A DNA stretch of 18,021 bases, from the NCBI GenBank assembly GCA_963833225.1, contig CAWHXD010000011.1, positions 1 through 18,021 on the forward strand. Direction: 5' to 3'. The position numbers and the translations under genes were made by a program. This document shows, one piece after another, positions 15,987 through 18,021 of this stretch. The notes below the pieces were generated by a model that did not search any database, had not been told where the DNA came from, and saw only the letters and a list, made by a program, of their open reading frames with translations. The DNA comes from an uncultured Chloroflexia bacterium. GTDB taxonomy: Bacteria > Chloroflexota > Limnocylindria > Limnocylindrales > CSP1-4. Position 1 is the first letter of the stretch. Each line of letters begins with the position of its first letter.

Positions 15987-16529
15987 ATGACCCTCGAGGT
16001 CCTGGTCATCGCGGTGGTCAGGATCGCCGGCTCGCTACCGGTGCTCCGGTGGCCGCTGGCAGGCGGGGTCCTTGCGATCCTGATCGACCTGTCGGATCTG
16101 CTGCTGATGAACGTCCTCGACCTGGGCGGCGTGCCCGACTACCAGCGGCTGGACAAGGTCCTCGATCTCGCCTACATGGCCACGTTCCTGATCGTGGCGC
16201 TCCGCTGGACCGGGCCCGACCGGTGGGTGAGCGTGGCGCTGTTCGCGTGGCGCATGATCGGGTTCGTCGCGTTCGAGCTCAGCGGCGAGCGCGCCCTGCT
16301 GCTCGTGTTTCCCAACGTGTTCGAGCCGTGGTTCCTGCTGGTGGCCCTGCTCCATCACCGATGGGACCCGGTGCCCTGGTCGAGGCCGGCGCTGGCGGGT
16401 GCCTTGGCGGGACTGCTCGCGCTCAAGGAGGTGCAGGAGTGGGCTCTCCACTCCGCGCGCCTGTTCGACAACATCACGGCACTCGAGGCGATCGACCGCG
16501 CCTGGCGCTGGCTCACCGGCTCGCCGTGA
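15987..16529 (+). CDS. Integral membrane protein (about 5-6 TM), degenerate CDP-alcohol phosphotransferase-like motif
   Basis: GAGGAG SD 9 nt upstream and several hydrophobic helices. D34-x2-D37...D56-x3-D60 acidic pattern lies at the ends of two helices. Confidence 0.75.
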   Translation: MTLEVLVIAVVRIAGSLPVLRWPLAGGVLAILIDLSDLLLMNVLDLGGVPDYQRLDKVLDLAYMATFLIVALRWTGPDRWVSVALFAWRMIGFVAFELSGERALLLVFPNVFEPWFLLVALLHHRWDPVPWSRPALAGALAGLLALKEVQEWALHSARLFDNITALEAIDRAWRWLTGSP

Positions 16530-16556
16530 TTCGCTGCTGGCTGACCAACTCCGACG

Positions 16557-18021
16557 TCACGGTTCGATCTGGAACACCGCCTTCGCGCTCGGACCGAGGT
16601 CGCCCAGCATCCACGCGAGTGCCGCCTTGCCGGTGGGCGCATCCATAGGGATCGCGAGGCGCATGGCGAACGTGACGTTGAGACCGGCCTCGAGCACACC
16701 GGCTGGCCGGCAGTTCAGCATGTGACGGGTGACGGTCGCCGCCCTGGCCCCCGGCAGGAACAGGCGCTCCGAGTACCCGGGACACAGCGCGGCGAGGTCG
16801 TAGGCGGTCCCGTCGGTCGACTGGTTGCTGATCGTCACGGTGTAGTCGAGCGTGGTGCCCGGCGCCGTCGTGGCGGGTGCCGAGATGGTCACCCGCAGCG
16901 GCAGGGAATTGACCGGGTTCGGTGGTGGCGCGATCGGGTTGCCGGGAACGCTGAGCGGCGAGTCGAGGAACATCATCGGCGGCGGGGTCTGTGGCGCGCT
17001 CATGCAGCCGGGCACCGGGATCCCGGACCTGGCGTCGACCTTGACCGCCCCACCATCGACGCGCAGATCGAGCCGGAGTGGCATCGCCGGCGGTGAGAGG
17101 CACCAGTCGGCGAACCCGAGCATGGCGGCGGCGGCCCAGCCCGAGGGCACCAGGATCGGCGCGGACGCCGCGGGCGAGGGCAGTGGTGCGGTCGCCATTA
17201 GTCGCCCACCAGCATCGCGAAGTTCGAGCGTCGGGGACGGAGCGAGCAGACAATCGAAGCTGCTGGCATTGAGGACGACGATCGACGCGTAGGACGTTCC
17301 GGCAGCGGCGCCCCAGCGGCCCAGGTAGGCAGCGAGCGCATCCGGCGTGCACGTGTCGGGTTGATAGCCGCCGTCCGAAGGAGCGGGCGCAGAGAATGGC
17401 ACCGGCACGCCGACGGTCGAGCCGGCACCGGGCGCGTCGCACCGAGGAACCCCGTCCAAGGTACCCGGACCCGGCCGCGCACGGCCGGGGATGAGACCGC
17501 CGCCACCCGCGGGCAGCGACAGGCGAAGGCTCAACGGACGTCGAGGTGGCGTGCCGCACCAGTTCTGCCAGACCGTGGTCACGCCGGCCACGCCACCGGG
17601 GGGCAGCGCGATGACATCCGAGCTAGGGGCGGGCTGGCCCGCTGGCCTGACGGCGATCACCTTGCCCCGGGCGTCGAGCAACACCGACGCAGGACGGCCA
17701 GCCACCGCGCAGGTGGCGGACGAGACGTTGACGACCGTGGCGCCACCGGCCAGCGATCCGGTGGCGCCGCCCCAGCCCTCGGCCGAGAGTGCCAGATCCT
17801 CGGAGGTGCAGGCGGGGAGCGCGTGGGGGTCTGCGGTGGTCTCCGGGGTCTCCGACGGTACGGGCGTGGCGTCGATCCACGGGATGACACCCGGGAACCG
17901 CTGCCTGCGGAGAGCGTCCCGGGGACGGCTGCGGTGAAGGACTCGCTGATGGTGGTGCGGGCGAAGGGGACGGCGACGGTCCCGCAAGCGGGCCGAGCAC
18001 AAGCGCGACGAGAACCAGGCT
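16557..18021 (-). CDS. Membrane-anchored/secreted protein with two DUF4232-like repeats and a C-terminal Ig-like domain; 5' end outside window; apparent frameshift near 17890-17925
   Basis: Repeats CTSEDLAL..WGGATGS...VVNVSSATCAVAGRP and CTPDALAA..WGAAAGTS...VLNASSFDCLLAPSP; C-terminal LDYTVTISN...CPGYSERL...LNC. The hydrophobic segment and Pro/Ser linker upstream are in a different frame. Confidence 0.75.
   Translation of the reverse strand, partial: AWFSSRLCSARLRDRRRPLRPHHHQRVLHRSRPRDALRRQRFPGVIPWIDATPVPSETPETTADPHALPACTSEDLALSAEGWGGATGSLAGGATVVNVSSATCAVAGRPASVLLDARGKVIAVRPAGQPAPSSDVIALPPGGVAGVTTVWQNWCGTPPRRPLSLRLSLPAGGGGLIPGRARPGPGTLDGVPRCDAPGAGSTVGVPVPFSAPAPSDGGYQPDTCTPDALAAYLGRWGAAAGTSYASIVVLNASSFDCLLAPSPTLELRDAGGRLMATAPLPSPAASAPILVPSGWAAAAMLGFADWCLSPPAMPLRLDLRVDGGAVKVDARSGIPVPGCMSAPQTPPPMMFLDSPLSVPGNPIAPPPNPVNSLPLRVTISAPATTAPGTTLDYTVTISNQSTDGTAYDLAALCPGYSERLFLPGARAATVTRHMLNCRPAGVLEAGLNVTFAMRLAIPMDAPTGKAALAWMLGDLGPSAKAVFQIEP

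Noticed and set aside
15980-16648. Alternative 222-aa ORF starting at ATG15980
   Set aside because: The product is Arg/Pro-rich and not protein-like, the SD is too close, and it overlaps the convergent gene. The 15987 frame gives a coherent membrane protein.

Overview
GC-rich bacterial chromosomal window (about 70% by eye). The gene families and leaderless TAnnnT promoters suggest a Chloroflexota- or Actinomycetota-like organism (inference). Left to right: (i) a + strand block with a 66-aa small protein, an HNH nuclease, a CCA-type tRNA nucleotidyltransferase with HD domain, a TPR/Pro-rich protein and galE; (ii) a convergent - strand Tad minor-pilin cassette (TadE, TadE, large TadG-like adhesin) with no assembly genes beside it; (iii) a divergently transcribed ATP-dependent DNA ligase-fold protein that has lost its catalytic KxDG lysine and OB domain, with a (GCCCGT)n repeat in its promoter; (iv) a tightly packed six-gene + strand run: Ggs/Mgs-like glycosyltransferase, tandem-USP::GpgS fusion, glycerate kinase, endonuclease III-like glycosylase with a Cys-to-His Fe-S ligand change, DUF885 metallopeptidase-like protein and a degenerate CDP-alcohol phosphotransferase-like membrane protein; (v) a - strand DUF4232-repeat surface protein with an apparent frameshift, cut by the window edge. 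The most unusual elements are the glucosylglycerate locus with its USP-fused GpgS and the catalytically dead ligase. No rRNA, tRNA, CRISPR array or transposase was seen. All family assignments come from motif recognition, not database searches.
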